DNA of 61,999 bases, counting the filler, from Basidiobolus ranarum (taxonomy: Eukaryota): assembly GCA_040143965.1 (NCBI GenBank). It is 3 parts of 3 records of this genome, joined end to end, with 100 filler letters (N's around TTAATTAATTAA, not from the genome) between each part and the next. Parts side by side here need not be neighbours in the genome. Positions count along the whole stretch, not along the records: positions 1 to 20,657 come from JASJQH010000223.1; 2 more parts are not named here. One strand, 5' to 3'. The notes under the pieces were generated by a model. It ran no database searches and was not told the origin of the DNA. It worked only from the letters and a program-made list of their open reading frames with translations. The translations under genes were made by a program, and so were the position numbers. Positions 1-14,351 of the stretch are shown here, piece after piece (the first letter of the stretch is position 1; every line of letters begins with the position of its first letter).

Positions 1-769
1 TGGTATATCTAGTGGAGGAGGCGAGCTAGGACGTAGTTGGTACGAAGATGGAAAGCTGATGCGAAAGCATAACTCTTTCAATGATTTCGTCGACGCTACT
101 GAGCATCTTATCAATGAGGGTTACTCCACGCCTGGATTAATGACTGCCATTGCTGCCAGTGCCGGAGGTTTAGTATTAGGTGCGTATTTCTCGATAAAAT
201 CCAACTTTACCTCTCACTAACTTTACCAATTGTACGTGAACAGGTACTGTGCTGAACAGACGTCCAGGTTAGTAGACTCGAGGCCTTCAAAAGATATGAC
301 AAATAACTAATTCCCTTTCGATTGGATAGATCTTTTCAGGGCTATGATCCTTCGTGTACCTTTTGTAGATCCACTTTCTTGCATGTTAAATCCCAATCTT
401 CCACTGACTCAAGTTGAATATACTGAGTGGGGAAATCCACTCGACACCGCGAGAGTATATGAATATTTATCTGACTATGCTCCTTACGATAATATTCCGG
501 AAGAAACCACAAAACTCTCAAATATGCCGGCCATCTTGGTCACTACAGGTCTACGAGATCAAAGAGTACCACCATGGCAACCATTGAAATGGACAGCTAG
601 ATTGAGATCTAGAATACCCAAATTTTATAACAATCCACAATCCCAATCAAGCCTTTTGCTGAAAGCTGAAGATGGTGGCCACTTTGGGGCTTCTAACGAT
701 CAGCAGGGTAGAATTGAAGAGTTAGCATTCGAACTCGCCTTTTTATTGAAACATACAAAAAATAAATGA
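1..769 (+). CDS. S9A prolyl oligopeptidase family (oligopeptidase B / PREPL-like), 3' part, 5'-truncated by contig edge
   Basis: Exons ~1-179, 244-267, 330-769 with GT-AG introns. Translation gives GGGELGRSWYEDGK..KHNSFNDF, nucleophile motif AASAGG, VPFVD, EYTEWGNP, catalytic Asp (RDQRVP) and His (GGHF). Confidence 0.88.
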
Positions 770-1247
770 GATATACCCACATTAAAGAATCAATGACCTA
801 CTGGCAATGGGCTGAGCTAATTTATGCTTGCATATTTGGAGAAACGCTGAAATACCTCAGCCACCATCTACCAAATTACCACTCGAATCTTTTAATTAGA
901 GCTGGATAATCCAAGAAATTCACCATTCTCTATTGTTGCCGATCATACGTTCGGTTTCAATGAGGATTTATGTTGATGGTGTTTTTCTTCCACTCAAGAA
1001 CACACTAACTAGGTGGTAAGTCGATCACAAATAATGATGGACTTCTCTTCCAAAATTGCCCTCAATAGCTAAGGAAAGATTTTGCATGCATAGATATTTC
1101 TAAGTGAAACTCAACGTAAGAACCAATATTTGGTTTTCAATATAAATTACTGGGAAATGTAGTGTGAACTTGGTGTGAGACAAGTAACTTTTTGTACTTG
1201 ACTTTTCATCCCTTCCAACCTTCACTCATATTTAAAAGTTCCTAATT

Positions 1248-1926
1248 ATGACTATAGCTTATGTTTGTCGTACTGCACATTTCTCTGCCGCACATAGACT
1301 TCACTCTCCTCACTTAACTCTGGAAGAAAATAAAGAGATTTATGGAAAGTGTAACAACCTCAATGGGCACGGTCACAACTACAAAGGTAATGGAAAAACG
1401 ATAGTCTACTCACAGGTGTATACTAGAAGAACTAAGCAAATGACCTCTTTTTCGACTGAATATTTAGTACAAGTCACTATCAAAGGCGAGGTATGTAGCC
1501 TAAACGATAAAAAGGAACATATAGTAACTCACCAGTTAACCTAGGTTGACCCACGCACTGGTATGGTGATAAATCTCACCAAACTGAAAAAAGTCATGGA
1601 TGTCGCCATAATGGATACGTTGGATCACCATAATTTGGTTGGAAAATATACTTCAAAGCTTACACTATATCAAATATAAACTCGTATCATATTCATAGGA
1701 TAAAGACGTAGAGTACTTTAAAGATAAACCAAGGTATATGGAATGCTTTTCTATAACTGGATTTTCCATGTACTAATATTCTCACTTAAATTCAAGTACA
1801 ACTGAGAACTTGGCGATTTTTATTTGGAAATCTATGCAAGAACAATTAGATTTTTACCAACTCTATGAGGTAAAAATCCAGGAAACGGAGAACAATACGG
1901 TGATATTTAGAGGAGAAGGGAAGTAA
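1248..1926 (+). CDS. PTS: 6-pyruvoyl-tetrahydropterin synthase
   Basis: Exons 1248-1386, 1468-1490, 1545-1637, 1699-1733, 1797-1926 splice in frame. Motifs [44 protein letters not shown]. Confidence 0.93.
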
Positions 1927-2167
1927 TATTATTGTCAATCTAATTTATCTGAGTGACGGCTAGAATGTGTGAATAGCCGTCTGTATTAATGAATATTCAT
2001 ACGAGTCAATGGGTTTAATGTCTATTTCTTATATTCTTCGAAGTTGATGTTCAACTTGACACAGCTCTATTGTACGATTCATAAAGTGCTTCATGCTTTT
2101 AGTTTAATATTTATTTATTTATATTAAAGGTAGTAGATAATTCATGTAAATTTAAATGTATCAATAA

Positions 2168-5100
2168 TTAGAGTGTGGCAGCAGCTACAGCTACAGCATA
2201 GCTACCAGAATGAGAAATAGATATCTTGATTTCCTTAAGTCCAGTGCTGTCTACGACCTCTTGAGCCTTGCTTGAGAAAACGGCTTTGGGAGCGCCACTT
2301 TCAGCTGCAGTGATCTCGATCTCCTTGATGTCGATCTTCTCGCCACCAAGACTAACGATGGCCTTAACGATTGATTCCTTGGCAGCTAGTTTACCTGCTA
2401 AGGAAGCAGTGGGGTCTGGCTTGGCAAAGCAGTAGTCCAATTCAGTTGCGGTTAAACTGGTTTTGGCTTCTTCCAACTTAAGACTGCTGATCATAACAAC
2501 ATCAACACCTACACCCTTTTGGTTACCAGTAAGAGCAATAAGTTGCTTAGTAAGAGCAGGGTCGCTCTCAACTTGAGCGGAGTTAAGATCAGACTTGTCA
2601 TAAGAGTAAGTCTTCTTCTTTTCGTCATATGTAGCACGGGCCTTGGGGTTTAAGTAAACCTTGGATTCTTGCTCAGGAGTATAGGGTGGTGCGTTCTTAA
2701 CTTGAACCAAACCAGCAACACCTGCAAAGGAGTCATGCAAGTAACGGTAGGCCTTGGCTTGGCGATCTTGAGTCTTTTGCTTGTATGCATTGTACTCAGA
2801 TTCGGTCAAGGCAGCAAGAACGTAGTCAGGATGGATAACTAGAACTTCACCACCAACTTGTCCGAAACCGAATGATTTCAGAATACCTGCCTTAACACCA
2901 TCAGTGTAGATGGTACTGCTGGGGTATAAGATGTATTCGTAGTCTTGAAGTTTTTCATCAACGTTATCGGCATTACGATTACCAGGGATGATACCAGTTC
3001 CGAGTACTTGCATAACACCGTTTAACATCCATGCAGCAGCGGCACCCTTGGGATGACCAGTGAGGTACTTCTGGAAGATACCAGGGCAGCAGTTACCTTG
3101 TTTACGACCGAGATGAGCAAATTGCTTGTTAACGACCTCGGACTCATTCTTGTCATTAGCTTTGGTGGAAGTTCCGTGGAACGAAGCAACACCAATATCG
3201 TCAACAGTGAGACCGAAGCTAGCGAGAGCACCGCGGATAGGAGCAATACGAGGATCCTGTTTCCAGAAGTCGTTACCCCAAAGAGCGAGGGCTTCCTTCT
3301 CTTGGCGGTAAGCTTCACGTTGAATGTGTTCGGAACGTTCACTAACAAATTCTTGTTCTGAAACATCGGTCTTACCGGAGGCCTTGAAGGTTTCAAGTTC
3401 CTCTTGTAAGTATTCGAGTTCTTCCTCAACCCAAGCCTTGATTTGCTTGCGACGGTTCTTCAATTGTCTGGCACGATACTTGATATCCAAAAGAGGAGAT
3501 TCAGTCTTACCACGGATTTCACGAGCGGTGGTCAAGATACCTTGTCCAGGTGCAGGAATAGAGCGACCTTCCTTATCAGTGGCAGTATTGGTAAGTGCGA
3601 TAATACCATAAATTGGTACACCCATTTGAACGGCAAGTTTAGCAGACATGAGAATTTGAACACCAGAACCATGGGATTCCATGAAACCGGAACGAGTGGT
3701 AGAGGTAGGGCGTGACATTTCTCCTGGTTCGCGACCACGAGCTAATTCTTCTTCGGCATTGCTAGTGGCCTTCATGTTGGCGAATTCGTATGAACCTTCT
3801 TCTTGGAAGTCATCGTAACCACCAACAATTACAATCTTAGCTTTACCACTAGAGATTGTTTCAATACCAATTTCTACAGACTCAACGGCAGTAGCACAAG
3901 CTCCAACAGGAGACTTGATAGGACCAGAGGAGGAAAGTAAAAGCATATTGATCCAAGCAGGCATAGTGTTGATGAATGTCTCTTGAAGAATATCCATTTG
4001 AACAGGTTTATCGAGCAAGCGGTCCTTGTACATCTTTTGAAGTGAGAGAGATCCACCCATACCGGAGCCGGAGCAGTTACCAACTTCACTAACATGAACA
4101 TACTTGTAGAACTCATAAGGATCGGTGATACCTGAGCTGACTAAGGCCTCAACAGTAGATACGAGAACATAAAGGGTGATAACATCAACTTGGTCAATGA
4201 TCTCCTTAGGAACACCATAGCGAGCGGCATCCCAGCCAGTAGGAATCTGGCCAGCAACAAGACGATCGAATCGAAGAGCCTTAGGAACAAAGATCGCAGC
4301 ACCCTTCTTGAAGCTAACAAGCCATTGTCCAGATTCCTTGATCTCGAATGCATCGACCTTATCACCATGCTTGCGTTTGAAGTGAGCTGCTTCCTCAGGG
4401 CTAACCTCAATAGGTTCGAGATCTTGATCGATGACAATCTCTTGAAGGAAGTTCTTGTTCTCAGGATCGTAACCATTGAAGTTTTCGGGCTCGATGAGAC
4501 GAATACCACAGTGCTTGAGAATATCTTTCTCGTACTTGGCCTTGACATCACGATCATCAACAGGCTCTCCAGTCTTGAAATCGACCCAACCGGTATATGA
4601 CTTGCCATTCTTGAGAGGACCGTTGTGATGCTTGATGTAACCCATGATCCAGGCCATTTCAATGCAACCTTCAAGAGAGAATTCTCCGAAGGCTTCCATC
4701 TCCCATCTAGTTCTAGAGTTACCCCAAGGACCGACTTCAGCGAAACCGGTAGCAACAATAACCTTTTCGAGATCCAACATGCCTTGAAGGTGGTTGAGAG
4801 ATTTCAATTCCGAATAGTTCTTGAGTTCAGGGAATTGAAGTTTCAAGTTGGCACGGGGCTTAGCAATATGAGACTTGTAGAACAATTCAGCAGATGGACC
4901 ATGAATGGTCTTGTGGTCAATGGCGTTTTCAGCAACAATGGCCTTGCGAATTTCAGAAGTCTTTCTGATACTTTCGCGAAGAGAGGCAGAAATCTGGTTC
5001 AAGTCTACAATATATTGAAGACCACCATTGAGATCAGCCCAGACTGGTCCAGTTTCACTGATATCGGCAATGGTAGGATGCATCAAACCAAGAATGTTGA

Positions 5101-8100
5101 ATGCCATCTCTTGAGTAGAGAAGGTACGAACACCGTGCTTCTCAATACCCTCGGCGACCATGTTGTTGCCACTCATAAGACCAGTACCACGGGTCCAACC
5201 AATCACGGCACCAGTGATGGTCAAGTAGCTTCCCCAGCTTTCGGAATACCATCTGTTGAAGAGAGTCTCAAGAGCAATCTTGGACTCACCGTACAAACCA
5301 TCACCACCGAATGTACCATGGTTAGGAGAAAGTGGAAGGATTACTTGAGCAGGACGAGTTTTGAAGCCAAATTCTTGTTTCTTGGTCTTGATGTAACCAA
5401 GCATACGAAGTAGATTTGTCATCATGATACGATGTGCAAGCTCAGATTTAGAATCAATATCACTAATCTCACGACCATTTTCGGGGATAGCTGCAAATGG
5501 AATAATATAATCAACATCCCAGTTCAAACCCTTGCGGTCATCTTGCTCATAGATATAGTCAATGAGAGCGTGAACGTCCTGTTTGGAACCTTGGTTGAAG
5601 GGTACAACAACCAAGCAAGAGTTCTTGGAACCATGACGACGATAGATCGATTGATAGTATTCAGTCACTCCGCGGCTAAATCTAGAAGTAGTTACGACAA
5701 CCTTGGCACCTCCAGAGAGTAATCCCTTGAGAATTTCAGCACCAATGGAGTCCTTACCACAACCAGTCATCAACACCATCTTGTTCTCGAAAGTAACACC
5801 TTCCTTGGCAACATTAAGAAGAACATCAAGATAAATGTTAGTATATCTTTGGTCGAATTCCCAACCATGAGCTGTTTGCTTCTTAAGATGAAGGAAAGGA
5901 ACGACTTCCTTCTTTCCAGTGTTGGGTCTGTTGGATTTACGAGTCTTGTGCTCCTTATCACTAAGAATCTTGGGGTTCATGCTCATAGAACGAATAACAT
6001 CCTTATAGAGAGACTTGAGGACAAGTTTATCGGTCTTCTTGATCTTGTTTTGGTGCTTGATGATCTTGTATACACGAAGAAGATCATGTTGAACCTTCTC
6101 GCGATTAGAGTATTCAGTCATCTTGCTACCGTTTGTCATCTCCTTGACGTAATCAGCAAACTTGCGAACTTGTTCACGGGGGACCTCCTTATAGATGATG
6201 TCACCCTTTTCATTGACATGAGTTTGGGGAGCAGTAGGAATAGTAACATCTTTGTAAACAGGGGAGGCATCTAGGACGGCTTCACAGTTCTCCAAAAGAG
6301 TAGTGGCCAACTCCTTGGCAAGTTTATAAGTCTCACCCTTCTCGGTATCCAAGTTGTCAATGTTGTATTGCATGAACTTGACCAAGGCAGGTGTAGCACG
6401 GTTCATAACGTGTAGACATTGAGCAGTGACGTCACGATCAACAGCAGTAAGTCTACCGAAAATGATATCGAAGTAAAGGTTCAAGGCATCTTGACGAACC
6501 CAATTCCAGTAGGAATCGTAACGACGAGCCTTCAAAGCACTGAAGACTGGGAGAATACCTTGAGCATAAACTTCGCCGTGTTCAGCAACCCATTGATCGA
6601 GTTCTTGCTGAAGTTGTAAGGTGGCAATCTTTTGTTCTTCAAAGGCTTTGTCACCAGCGCGAAGATCTTGATCAAGATACTTGGCGAAGGCTTCCAATTG
6701 CTTTCTGATCAAGGCGTTTTGTTTAACTTGTAGTGACTCAAATTCAGCACTGTTCATCACGGCACCAACGGCAACAGGACCAGATGCACCACCACCACCA
6801 CTGGAACCAAGAGATATACCAGTCTTCTTGGCATACAATTGAGCAACGCTGCCTAACCAAGCGGTAGCCTCAGATTCAGAACCAAGTCTAGTAGCGGGTT
6901 CCATGGTGAGACCATACAAAAGTACTGCCTCAGTACGTCCATTTCCTAGACCATAAGTGCTAGAAAGATATCCACGAGCATTGGTCAAGGTGAAACCACC
7001 GGGCATCTTGCTAGACATCATCTTGGAGACAAGAGTAGAAGTATGCTTACCAAGGGATCCAGAGAATCCATTACCCAAGTTCTTACCTAACTCTTCAAGG
7101 GTGGTTTCCTCGGATTTTTCGGGTACGTTTCCGAATTCCTTTTGTAAATCACCCAAGATTTCATTTTGAAGGGTAGATTTACCACCAACCAAGTCCTTAA
7201 CGGCCTTGGAGAGAGGAACCTCATCAAGGCTCTTCTTGAGTTTCTGAGCAATGATGACATGGAGAACTTCGGTTGCTGTAATAGGGGCATCAGATACAGC
7301 AGAGGCAGGTCCACGAGCAACTGGAGCTGGGGCAGCTGCTACTGGAGCAGACACAGGTGCGGCAGCCTTAGGAGCAGCAGCTGTGACAGCGGGAGCAGCT
7401 GGTGCTTCATCCTCGAATGAGTAGTAAATCTCCTTCTCGTTCTTGATATAACATAAGTTGGAACGGCGATGGGTAAGAGCATCATCATAAGCTTGGTACT
7501 TAGATTTCAATGTTCTTTCGGCCATACCTACCAAGACAGGACCAGGACCGACTTCAATAAGACGTTCAACACCAAAGTCCTTGAAAATCTTATCCTGGGT
7601 CTCGATCCAACGAACAGGAGAAGCAAATTGGTATGCCAATAACTCAACCATAAGGGTATATCCGAGTTTTTGCTGTTGAGCAGGTGAAGATACACTATCT
7701 TCGGACCAGTTCTTGAGAACCTTGTGAATTCTAGGACTGTTGGTAATAGCAAGGACATTTTCGAAATACTCCTTGGTAACCTCAAAAGGCTCAGCAGTCA
7801 AGTTAGGAATATACTTGTGAGTTAAAACGTTAACATCAACATTGCTTTGAGAAATCTTTCTAGCAATGTAAGCACGGAAAGGAGTAACACCACCGAGCAA
7901 GAAAGATGAATGGAAGGGAACATCAATACCCTTCAAAGGAATGGTAGCATAACCTCTTTCGAGAGTAATGATGCCATCCTGGGCTTGTTTAGCAGCAGCC
8001 TTATCAAGAGTCTTAGCAATAATAGATGAAAGTTGTTCCTTCACTGCTTCCATTGGCATGGTCTTCAATAGATTCTGAAGATCAATGTTTTGGATCTTAA

Positions 8101-11100
8101 GGAAGTTCAAAACGTTGGCAAGAGAATCCAAATTGCTGAGTTCACCGGAAACAACATATTGTTGATTCTCCACGTTGAAATTGACAATTTCCAATAGTCC
8201 ATTACTTTGATGAGCAATAGCATCAACAACATATCTGAGAGCGATGTCATCAAAGGTTTTGCCAATACGACTAGGATTAACGGCGCACATGCCATAGTTG
8301 GAGCGGCCTTGAGAATCACGCTCTACTGCAACCTGCATGGTCATACCACGATAGAATACAACATCAACTAAACTCTCAATAGCTAACACATTACCAATTG
8401 AGGCAAGAGCAGCATACTCACCCAAGGAGTGACCAGCGAATACACAATCATTTTGAACCAGACCCTTGGCAACCATATCTTCAAATGCAGCCTTTTCCAT
8501 TAAAGTAAGGGCAGGTTGAGTGAATTGAGTAGCGGATAACAATCCAGTGGGTGAGGTAAAGGTGTAGGAAGCAGTCTTCTCAGTAATTCCAGGGAAAAGA
8601 GGAAGAACCTTGGTGTTTCCATCTTGATCGATGGTATCGTAGGTCATACTCATGTAGTTGCGACGGATAGCCTTACCCTTCTCACCACCAAAGAAGATAG
8701 TTTTCTCTTTAGGGTTGTTGCGAACAATATCAATGATGGAAAATCCATAATTGACCAAGAAATGGTTATCAGCAAAGTCCCAGATCTTCTTAGCAACAGG
8801 TGAGGAAGCGTACAATGCCATACCCATACCCTGCTCTTGAGAGCCCTGACCGGTAAAGACATAGGCAGTAACAGGTTGGTCAATCTCAGCAATACCTTCG
8901 ATAACCTTGACATTGTTTTGGTTGATGGTTTCAACCTTAATGATCTTCTTGCCATTCTTCATACCAATATGGGAAAGCTTCGTCTCAAGACGATCGTTAG
9001 GAAGAACCATAGACTGGAAGTTCACATCGTAGGCAGTAACACGTTGTGGGCAGTTATCAGCGGCAAAGATCTCAACGAACTTCTTAGTTGAAGCACTTGT
9101 CCACATACCGTGAGTAATGGTACCGGGTAATTCAGCAAAATCAGCGAAATAAGGGTTAACATGGATAGGATTGTAGTCACCAGATACAACAGCATAAGGT
9201 TCATTGGATGCTGGAGCGTTAAAGACGGAAGAGAATTCGTCACCTTGGGGCATAACAGAGTATCCTCCATTGCTAAAGTTAACAGCTTGTTCAATGGGCT
9301 GACCTACGCGCTTAAGGTACTCTGTTACTGGGTTACCATAAGATTCACCACTTTCATACTCAACAGTAGCGATTTGAATAACCTCCTTAGTAGAGATCTT
9401 CATGGTTACAGTACCAGTAGTCAAGACTGAAGAATACAAGGTCTTGTTCTTGAACTTCAATAAACTGTTCAATCGGAAGATGATTTCGGCACCTGGTGTA
9501 AGCTCAGGTGCGTTTTCTTCCCAGTTCATCCATTCCTTAGACTTCAAAACGGCGATGTCTTTCTCTGTTTGCACAGCGACACGTACAGGAGTTTCGGCAA
9601 TCTTTTGGAAGGTATTTTCGTAATCGGTAAAGTTACCGCGGTACAAAAACTTGCTGGTAACTTCCATGATAGGTTTGTTGTCACGGATAACAACTCCCTT
9701 GGCTTCTACCATCTTTCCGGATTCGGTATTTACGATTGCTTCGATCTCAGATACGGTATCGACAACGTCACCACGCTTCAAGAGTGAGGCACCGTCGATC
9801 AATCTGAAACCATTAGAAAGATGGACTAATCTGAGAAGATCACCATCGATAATCTTGGGGAAGATTGTCTTAATGATGGATCTCCAGCCTACAACGATAG
9901 CGAAATCAACAGGAGCACAAAGAACCTTTTGACCGCGGTCAACGTAAAGCTCAGCTTGATTTCCTACAGTTTGACAGAATTTAGTGATTTCATGTCCAAG
10001 AACCTGTTCATTTTTGGCAACAAATTTCTCGTTAGGATCATCGGAGAGATCCGAGTGAGAGCCTTCACCGAACCACAATGCCCAGTAGAATTGCTTGATA
10101 CGATCGTTGCGACCCTCCATTACTTCATGAATAGTAGCATATCCTTGAGCAGGATTGTAGATATACTTGGATAGGAAAGGAACTGCAACTCCATCCTTCT
10201 GTTCATAAAGAATGACATCAATAACATTGTCATTGATCTTGGCCTCAATGGAAACGGAAGAAGCACTCTCGAGATGAGCAGATTGACTCCATGAGCGTTT
10301 ATCAGATACGGTGATGCTTTCAACCTTTTCATTGGCTCCATATCTGACTTCGACCTTCTGCTCTAAACGAGGACGGAAGACCTTTCTCATCAAGTTGTCA
10401 ACGAAAAGTTTACCTTGAATGATAGAGGTTGAAGTCAACAAAGCTCTTGCCCAACCATATTTAGGACCAGCAATAAGCTCAAGCCACTCATCAACAGGAG
10501 GAAGAGCTCCACTATCAGGAGTCTCAAATATTTTGACGTTGTCCTTAACAGAAACCTTGACATCCTTAAGGGCAGGTTGAGTCAAGATTGGACTACCGCC
10601 GAGATATTCGACTTCAGGAATTAAAGAGTCATCATTGTTATAATAACGTTCTTTCAAAGCGCTAATGTGACCTTCGTGAATATTATCCAACATCTCCTTG
10701 ATAGGCTCGTTAACTTTGGTAGAGTAACGAACAGCAACGGGACCTTGAAGAATGCAAGTACGTTGAACATCTTGGTCCAACACAGCACTTAAATCTTCAG
10801 TTTGCCATAGTGAGTCCTTCTTGAACCAGAATTCAATATTGTTATCAAGTACAGGAACAAATGGAACGGGCTTTTGACCAAGACGAAGGCAAAGACTGAT
10901 GAAGTATTGAGAATCCTCAGTAGTGATTAGCTGAGTAGCAGCCTTAGGATAAGCTTCGAGGAACTTCTCCACAGTTTCCAAAGGACGATCAAGTTCCTTG
11001 AAGGATTGTAACTTGGAAGGCTGTTCTTTGGTAATGAATCTCTCCTCAAGTCTGCGCATGAAGTCACCAACAATAGCGATCAAACTATTATCCAACCATC

Positions 11101-13903
11101 TGGACTCATGTTTGACATAGAGAAGTTCGATCAATCGAGTAACAATTTCCGAATAAGTCATTTCCTCGAGTTCGCAGGTAGAACCATCAACCTTCTTACC
11201 GAACCAAGGCTTTTGGAAATCGGAATTGAGACGACGAATGTAATAGTCCTTCTTAGCTTGAAGAGCAGCACCACGCTTCTCTTTAGCAAGACTGAAGATT
11301 TTATCATCCATCTCCTTCCAGAAATGAACAGCACGAGTGGCAACTTTGTGAATGGGTTCACCTAATTCGGAGCGAACGGTCATAATACCACCAGCTTCAC
11401 CCTTGTAAGTCTGTTCCCATTCATGATCTTCAACACCAGGTGCATCAACAATAGCCTGCTTAACATCGAGAGCAGCCTGACCTTCAGCGGCAACCATGAC
11501 TCTGGAACCAAGAAGGACACCATCGAATGGCATAGGAGGATAACCGAATTCGGTACTCCATTCACCAGTGATGTATGGTAGGGTATCATCGGCTCCACCG
11601 AATCCAGAACCAACGACCAAGATGATATTTGGTTGTTGACGGACAGCAGAGTAAGATTCCAACATAGGTTGATGAGCATCTTCGAAGCTGTGATGACCAC
11701 CAGCACGACCACCAGTCCATTGCATCAAAATTGGCATATCAGGGTTGGCAGCAGCAATAGCAATAACCGATCTAATAGCAGCGGTAGCTCCTGGTTTGAA
11801 TGAAATATGACGAAGTCCAGCATCCTTGAGGTTGGCGATGATTTCGTTGGCATTATCCAAGGAAGGAACACCAGCGGCACAACAGATACCTTCGATAGGT
11901 AATCCCTCACGACGCATAGCCTGGATAGTGGGGTATTGGAATCCCCATTGGAATGGATTTAAGAAAAGCATGTTGACAGTTATTCCTTCACCAGCTTTAG
12001 TCATATCCATAATGCTTTGGACTTTAGCACGAAGATGTTCGGGACTAAAGTGACCACCACCAGCCAACTCAATATGGTAACCAGCATTGATGGTAGCACC
12101 AACGAATTTCTCGCTAACAGTAGCAGGAGTCATACCAGGAACCATGATCGGTGGTTTACCAAGGAATCTACTCATTCTAGTATCTACATATACACGACCA
12201 TCAGTGGAAGTCTTAACCAAACGTGGTTGGAAATCCTTGGCCCAGTTTTGAGCATAACGAACAGCGGATTTTTCGGTATCGAACAAATCAGCCTTGTAAG
12301 AAAGCTCAGGGTTACCACCCTCAAGAGTACCAGCCAAAATGATTCTGACACCAGTACCCTCTTTGTTTCTATGAGTAAGACCACCAATACCTGAAGTAGC
12401 TCCAGGGCCAAAGTCAAGAATGTGAGTGACTGAGGCATTAGTAGCGGCCTCCCATTGAACAGGAAGAGAACAGATTTGATCAATCAAATCTAATGTAAGT
12501 CTATCACTCTCTCGAAGGTCGTTTCCGGAATCAGTGGAATAGACGGGGATAGTAAGGGACTTCACATCGAATTCCAACTCATACTTTTGAACATCTTGAG
12601 CAAGTAGTTCGGCAGCACCTTTAAGATAACTACTATGGAATGGAGCAGTGATGGGAAGGAAACGAGAAGAGAACTTGACCTTACGTTGGGAGTGAGGTAC
12701 ACGTCCTTGGTCCAAACCAGCAGGAGCCTTGATTTTTCTAAGGGCCAAATTTAAACCATACAAACTCTGAGGGTGACCGGTACAAACAAAGTTACGAGGA
12801 CCGTTGGTCAATGTCAATTTGATTTGACGCTCTTCGGGTAAATGAGAGTTTGTGGAATTGACATGTTTGAGTACTTCGTCTTTGCGTAACCCGGTAACGG
12901 ATAACATTGGAGTAGGATTACCCTCATTATTGGAGAGAGAGTCTTGCAAAATTGTTGGTGTCAAGGTAGTGGGTGGGTAAATTTGGTGTGCACGGGTTCC
13001 GATCCAGAAAAGTAAACCAAGAGCCTTTTTGGTGTTGTCGATCAGCTCTTCCTCGGAAGCGGATGCGGAAATGGCAACAGCAGATATGATACCTTGACTG
13101 TGACCAGTTGTTCCTGAAATAAGTTTTCTAACTTGATCAGGGGTTTGGTTGAGAACCTTTATCATAATGTGATAGTGGAGTAACTGAGTCAACCCAATAA
13201 GAGGAAGACTGACAGGAGCAGAAATCAAGTAAGCTTGATCGGGCTTGGATTCGGGGTTTTCCAACCAGCGAAGAACATCCAAACCCTTAGTATGAATAAT
13301 ACGAGCCTCATCATCGTTGGCTAGATTACGAAGAACACCAGCCACCTGTTGGATGAAAGGTCTGGCAAAACCTTCATAAGTGACAAAAATATTGTAGAGT
13401 TCATCGAAATATTCTTCGATGTTGCCTTGACCACCAAATATGGCGAAAAGAGATGCGTGTTTGTCTTCGACGGCAGTGAATAAAGCGGACTTAGGACTGG
13501 TATTTTCTTCGAGTAAACCTTGATCGTTTAACAGAACATAAGCTTCAAAGTAAGCTTTGATAACGGCGTTTCTAGCCTCAGGGACAAGACTTCTAGTAAC
13601 AGCATGAACATCATTAGACTTCAAGTATTGCTCTCTGAAGTGAGAGAAAACAGTTTGAATAACAGGGAGGAGTTGCAAATTCTCGTCCTTTTTGTTGTTT
13701 TCGATAGCGTAGCTTAAGAACTTGGCAGCCAATTCTACCTTTGTAAGCTCTTCAGAAGCAGGATCGGCAGGCTTGTAAGTGGATTGGAAATCTTCACGAA
13801 TTTGTTCGGCAGAGACCCAGATATCATTGGGAATAAGGATAGTAATTTCAGTTTTGCCAAACTTGACAGCCAAAGGACGGAGAGAAGCGTTGGAAGCGAC
13901 CAT
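2168..13903 (-). CDS. FAS1/FAS2: Single-chain fungal type I fatty acid synthase (FAS1+FAS2 fused: AT-ER-DH-MPT-ACP-KR-KS-PPT), ~3911 aa, intronless CDS
   Basis: First ATG at 13903 (MVASN). [80 protein letters not shown]-terminal PPT-like GVGVD..AAKE. Confidence 0.97.
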   Translation of the reverse strand: MVASNASLRPLAVKFGKTEITILIPNDIWVSAEQIREDFQSTYKPADPASEELTKVELAAKFLSYAIENNKKDENLQLLPVIQTVFSHFREQYLKSNDVHAVTRSLVPEARNAVIKAYFEAYVLLNDQGLLEENTSPKSALFTAVEDKHASLFAIFGGQGNIEEYFDELYNIFVTYEGFARPFIQQVAGVLRNLANDDEARIIHTKGLDVLRWLENPESKPDQAYLISAPVSLPLIGLTQLLHYHIMIKVLNQTPDQVRKLISGTTGHSQGIISAVAISASASEEELIDNTKKALGLLFWIGTRAHQIYPPTTLTPTILQDSLSNNEGNPTPMLSVTGLRKDEVLKHVNSTNSHLPEERQIKLTLTNGPRNFVCTGHPQSLYGLNLALRKIKAPAGLDQGRVPHSQRKVKFSSRFLPITAPFHSSYLKGAAELLAQDVQKYELEFDVKSLTIPVYSTDSGNDLRESDRLTLDLIDQICSLPVQWEAATNASVTHILDFGPGATSGIGGLTHRNKEGTGVRIILAGTLEGGNPELSYKADLFDTEKSAVRYAQNWAKDFQPRLVKTSTDGRVYVDTRMSRFLGKPPIMVPGMTPATVSEKFVGATINAGYHIELAGGGHFSPEHLRAKVQSIMDMTKAGEGITVNMLFLNPFQWGFQYPTIQAMRREGLPIEGICCAAGVPSLDNANEIIANLKDAGLRHISFKPGATAAIRSVIAIAAANPDMPILMQWTGGRAGGHHSFEDAHQPMLESYSAVRQQPNIILVVGSGFGGADDTLPYITGEWSTEFGYPPMPFDGVLLGSRVMVAAEGQAALDVKQAIVDAPGVEDHEWEQTYKGEAGGIMTVRSELGEPIHKVATRAVHFWKEMDDKIFSLAKEKRGAALQAKKDYYIRRLNSDFQKPWFGKKVDGSTCELEEMTYSEIVTRLIELLYVKHESRWLDNSLIAIVGDFMRRLEERFITKEQPSKLQSFKELDRPLETVEKFLEAYPKAATQLITTEDSQYFISLCLRLGQKPVPFVPVLDNNIEFWFKKDSLWQTEDLSAVLDQDVQRTCILQGPVAVRYSTKVNEPIKEMLDNIHEGHISALKERYYNNDDSLIPEVEYLGGSPILTQPALKDVKVSVKDNVKIFETPDSGALPPVDEWLELIAGPKYGWARALLTSTSIIQGKLFVDNLMRKVFRPRLEQKVEVRYGANEKVESITVSDKRSWSQSAHLESASSVSIEAKINDNVIDVILYEQKDGVAVPFLSKYIYNPAQGYATIHEVMEGRNDRIKQFYWALWFGEGSHSDLSDDPNEKFVAKNEQVLGHEITKFCQTVGNQAELYVDRGQKVLCAPVDFAIVVGWRSIIKTIFPKIIDGDLLRLVHLSNGFRLIDGASLLKRGDVVDTVSEIEAIVNTESGKMVEAKGVVIRDNKPIMEVTSKFLYRGNFTDYENTFQKIAETPVRVAVQTEKDIAVLKSKEWMNWEENAPELTPGAEIIFRLNSLLKFKNKTLYSSVLTTGTVTMKISTKEVIQIATVEYESGESYGNPVTEYLKRVGQPIEQAVNFSNGGYSVMPQGDEFSSVFNAPASNEPYAVVSGDYNPIHVNPYFADFAELPGTITHGMWTSASTKKFVEIFAADNCPQRVTAYDVNFQSMVLPNDRLETKLSHIGMKNGKKIIKVETINQNNVKVIEGIAEIDQPVTAYVFTGQGSQEQGMGMALYASSPVAKKIWDFADNHFLVNYGFSIIDIVRNNPKEKTIFFGGEKGKAIRRNYMSMTYDTIDQDGNTKVLPLFPGITEKTASYTFTSPTGLLSATQFTQPALTLMEKAAFEDMVAKGLVQNDCVFAGHSLGEYAALASIGNVLAIESLVDVVFYRGMTMQVAVERDSQGRSNYGMCAVNPSRIGKTFDDIALRYVVDAIAHQSNGLLEIVNFNVENQQYVVSGELSNLDSLANVLNFLKIQNIDLQNLLKTMPMEAVKEQLSSIIAKTLDKAAAKQAQDGIITLERGYATIPLKGIDVPFHSSFLLGGVTPFRAYIARKISQSNVDVNVLTHKYIPNLTAEPFEVTKEYFENVLAITNSPRIHKVLKNWSEDSVSSPAQQQKLGYTLMVELLAYQFASPVRWIETQDKIFKDFGVERLIEVGPGPVLVGMAERTLKSKYQAYDDALTHRRSNLCYIKNEKEIYYSFEDEAPAAPAVTAAAPKAAAPVSAPVAAAPAPVARGPASAVSDAPITATEVLHVIIAQKLKKSLDEVPLSKAVKDLVGGKSTLQNEILGDLQKEFGNVPEKSEETTLEELGKNLGNGFSGSLGKHTSTLVSKMMSSKMPGGFTLTNARGYLSSTYGLGNGRTEAVLLYGLTMEPATRLGSESEATAWLGSVAQLYAKKTGISLGSSGGGGASGPVAVGAVMNSAEFESLQVKQNALIRKQLEAFAKYLDQDLRAGDKAFEEQKIATLQLQQELDQWVAEHGEVYAQGILPVFSALKARRYDSYWNWVRQDALNLYFDIIFGRLTAVDRDVTAQCLHVMNRATPALVKFMQYNIDNLDTEKGETYKLAKELATTLLENCEAVLDASPVYKDVTIPTAPQTHVNEKGDIIYKEVPREQVRKFADYVKEMTNGSKMTEYSNREKVQHDLLRVYKIIKHQNKIKKTDKLVLKSLYKDVIRSMSMNPKILSDKEHKTRKSNRPNTGKKEVVPFLHLKKQTAHGWEFDQRYTNIYLDVLLNVAKEGVTFENKMVLMTGCGKDSIGAEILKGLLSGGAKVVVTTSRFSRGVTEYYQSIYRRHGSKNSCLVVVPFNQGSKQDVHALIDYIYEQDDRKGLNWDVDYIIPFAAIPENGREISDIDSKSELAHRIMMTNLLRMLGYIKTKKQEFGFKTRPAQVILPLSPNHGTFGGDGLYGESKIALETLFNRWYSESWGSYLTITGAVIGWTRGTGLMSGNNMVAEGIEKHGVRTFSTQEMAFNILGLMHPTIADISETGPVWADLNGGLQYIVDLNQISASLRESIRKTSEIRKAIVAENAIDHKTIHGPSAELFYKSHIAKPRANLKLQFPELKNYSELKSLNHLQGMLDLEKVIVATGFAEVGPWGNSRTRWEMEAFGEFSLEGCIEMAWIMGYIKHHNGPLKNGKSYTGWVDFKTGEPVDDRDVKAKYEKDILKHCGIRLIEPENFNGYDPENKNFLQEIVIDQDLEPIEVSPEEAAHFKRKHGDKVDAFEIKESGQWLVSFKKGAAIFVPKALRFDRLVAGQIPTGWDAARYGVPKEIIDQVDVITLYVLVSTVEALVSSGITDPYEFYKYVHVSEVGNCSGSGMGGSLSLQKMYKDRLLDKPVQMDILQETFINTMPAWINMLLLSSSGPIKSPVGACATAVESVEIGIETISSGKAKIVIVGGYDDFQEEGSYEFANMKATSNAEEELARGREPGEMSRPTSTTRSGFMESHGSGVQILMSAKLAVQMGVPIYGIIALTNTATDKEGRSIPAPGQGILTTAREIRGKTESPLLDIKYRARQLKNRRKQIKAWVEEELEYLQEELETFKASGKTDVSEQEFVSERSEHIQREAYRQEKEALALWGNDFWKQDPRIAPIRGALASFGLTVDDIGVASFHGTSTKANDKNESEVVNKQFAHLGRKQGNCCPGIFQKYLTGHPKGAAAAWMLNGVMQVLGTGIIPGNRNADNVDEKLQDYEYILYPSSTIYTDGVKAGILKSFGFGQVGGEVLVIHPDYVLAALTESEYNAYKQKTQDRQAKAYRYLHDSFAGVAGLVQVKNAPPYTPEQESKVYLNPKARATYDEKKKTYSYDKSDLNSAQVESDPALTKQLIALTGNQKGVGVDVVMISSLKLEEAKTSLTATELDYCFAKPDPTASLAGKLAAKESIVKAIVSLGGEKIDIKEIEITAAESGAPKAVFSSKAQEVVDSTGLKEIKISISHSGSYAVAVAAATL

Positions 13904-14351
13904 ATTTACTATTAGATTTTTTAACACAAATGCAGAGAATATGAATGATCACGAAGGTGAAGATTAATGCAATATAGATGAGGAAGTAATGATTAATGGA
14001 ACAAGAGATGAGAAACAATATAACACGGAATACAAGGGAATATTGTAAACAGAAACGGAATGGGATTCCTTGTCGATGAAGCTTTGCCGAAAGGCTTGTG
14101 TAGAGAAAAAGTAGGGGGAGTTGGCGGTTTATAAAGAATTTCTTATCCTTGCCCCGAGAAAAATTCCTACTTTGTCGAAGTTGGATCGATCTGGTTGGCT
14201 CACTAATTGGTGTAGCTTGTTGAATCAGAGTATCTCTTCAAATTAAATTATCTCAATGATAGCTGGGAGGCGATTCTTACCCTGTGAAAGTTACCGGCAT
14301 TTTACCGCTGAGTGAGCAAGTTACCAAGTGACCTAAACATTCCGCGCAGGT

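Noticed and set aside
3022-12483. Many 60-260 aa ORFs overlapping or antisense to FAS
   Set aside because: Expected shadow ORFs from strong codon bias; no motifs.
1248-13903. Functional linkage of PTS and FAS (convergent neighbours)
   Set aside because: Tail-to-tail adjacency alone, with no shared promoter or synteny evidence.
13904-13927. ORF-track N-terminal extension of FAS (MLKNLIVN); likewise the PPR extension to 25977
   Set aside because: These use non-ATG bacterial-style starts; the first ATG is preferred in a eukaryote.
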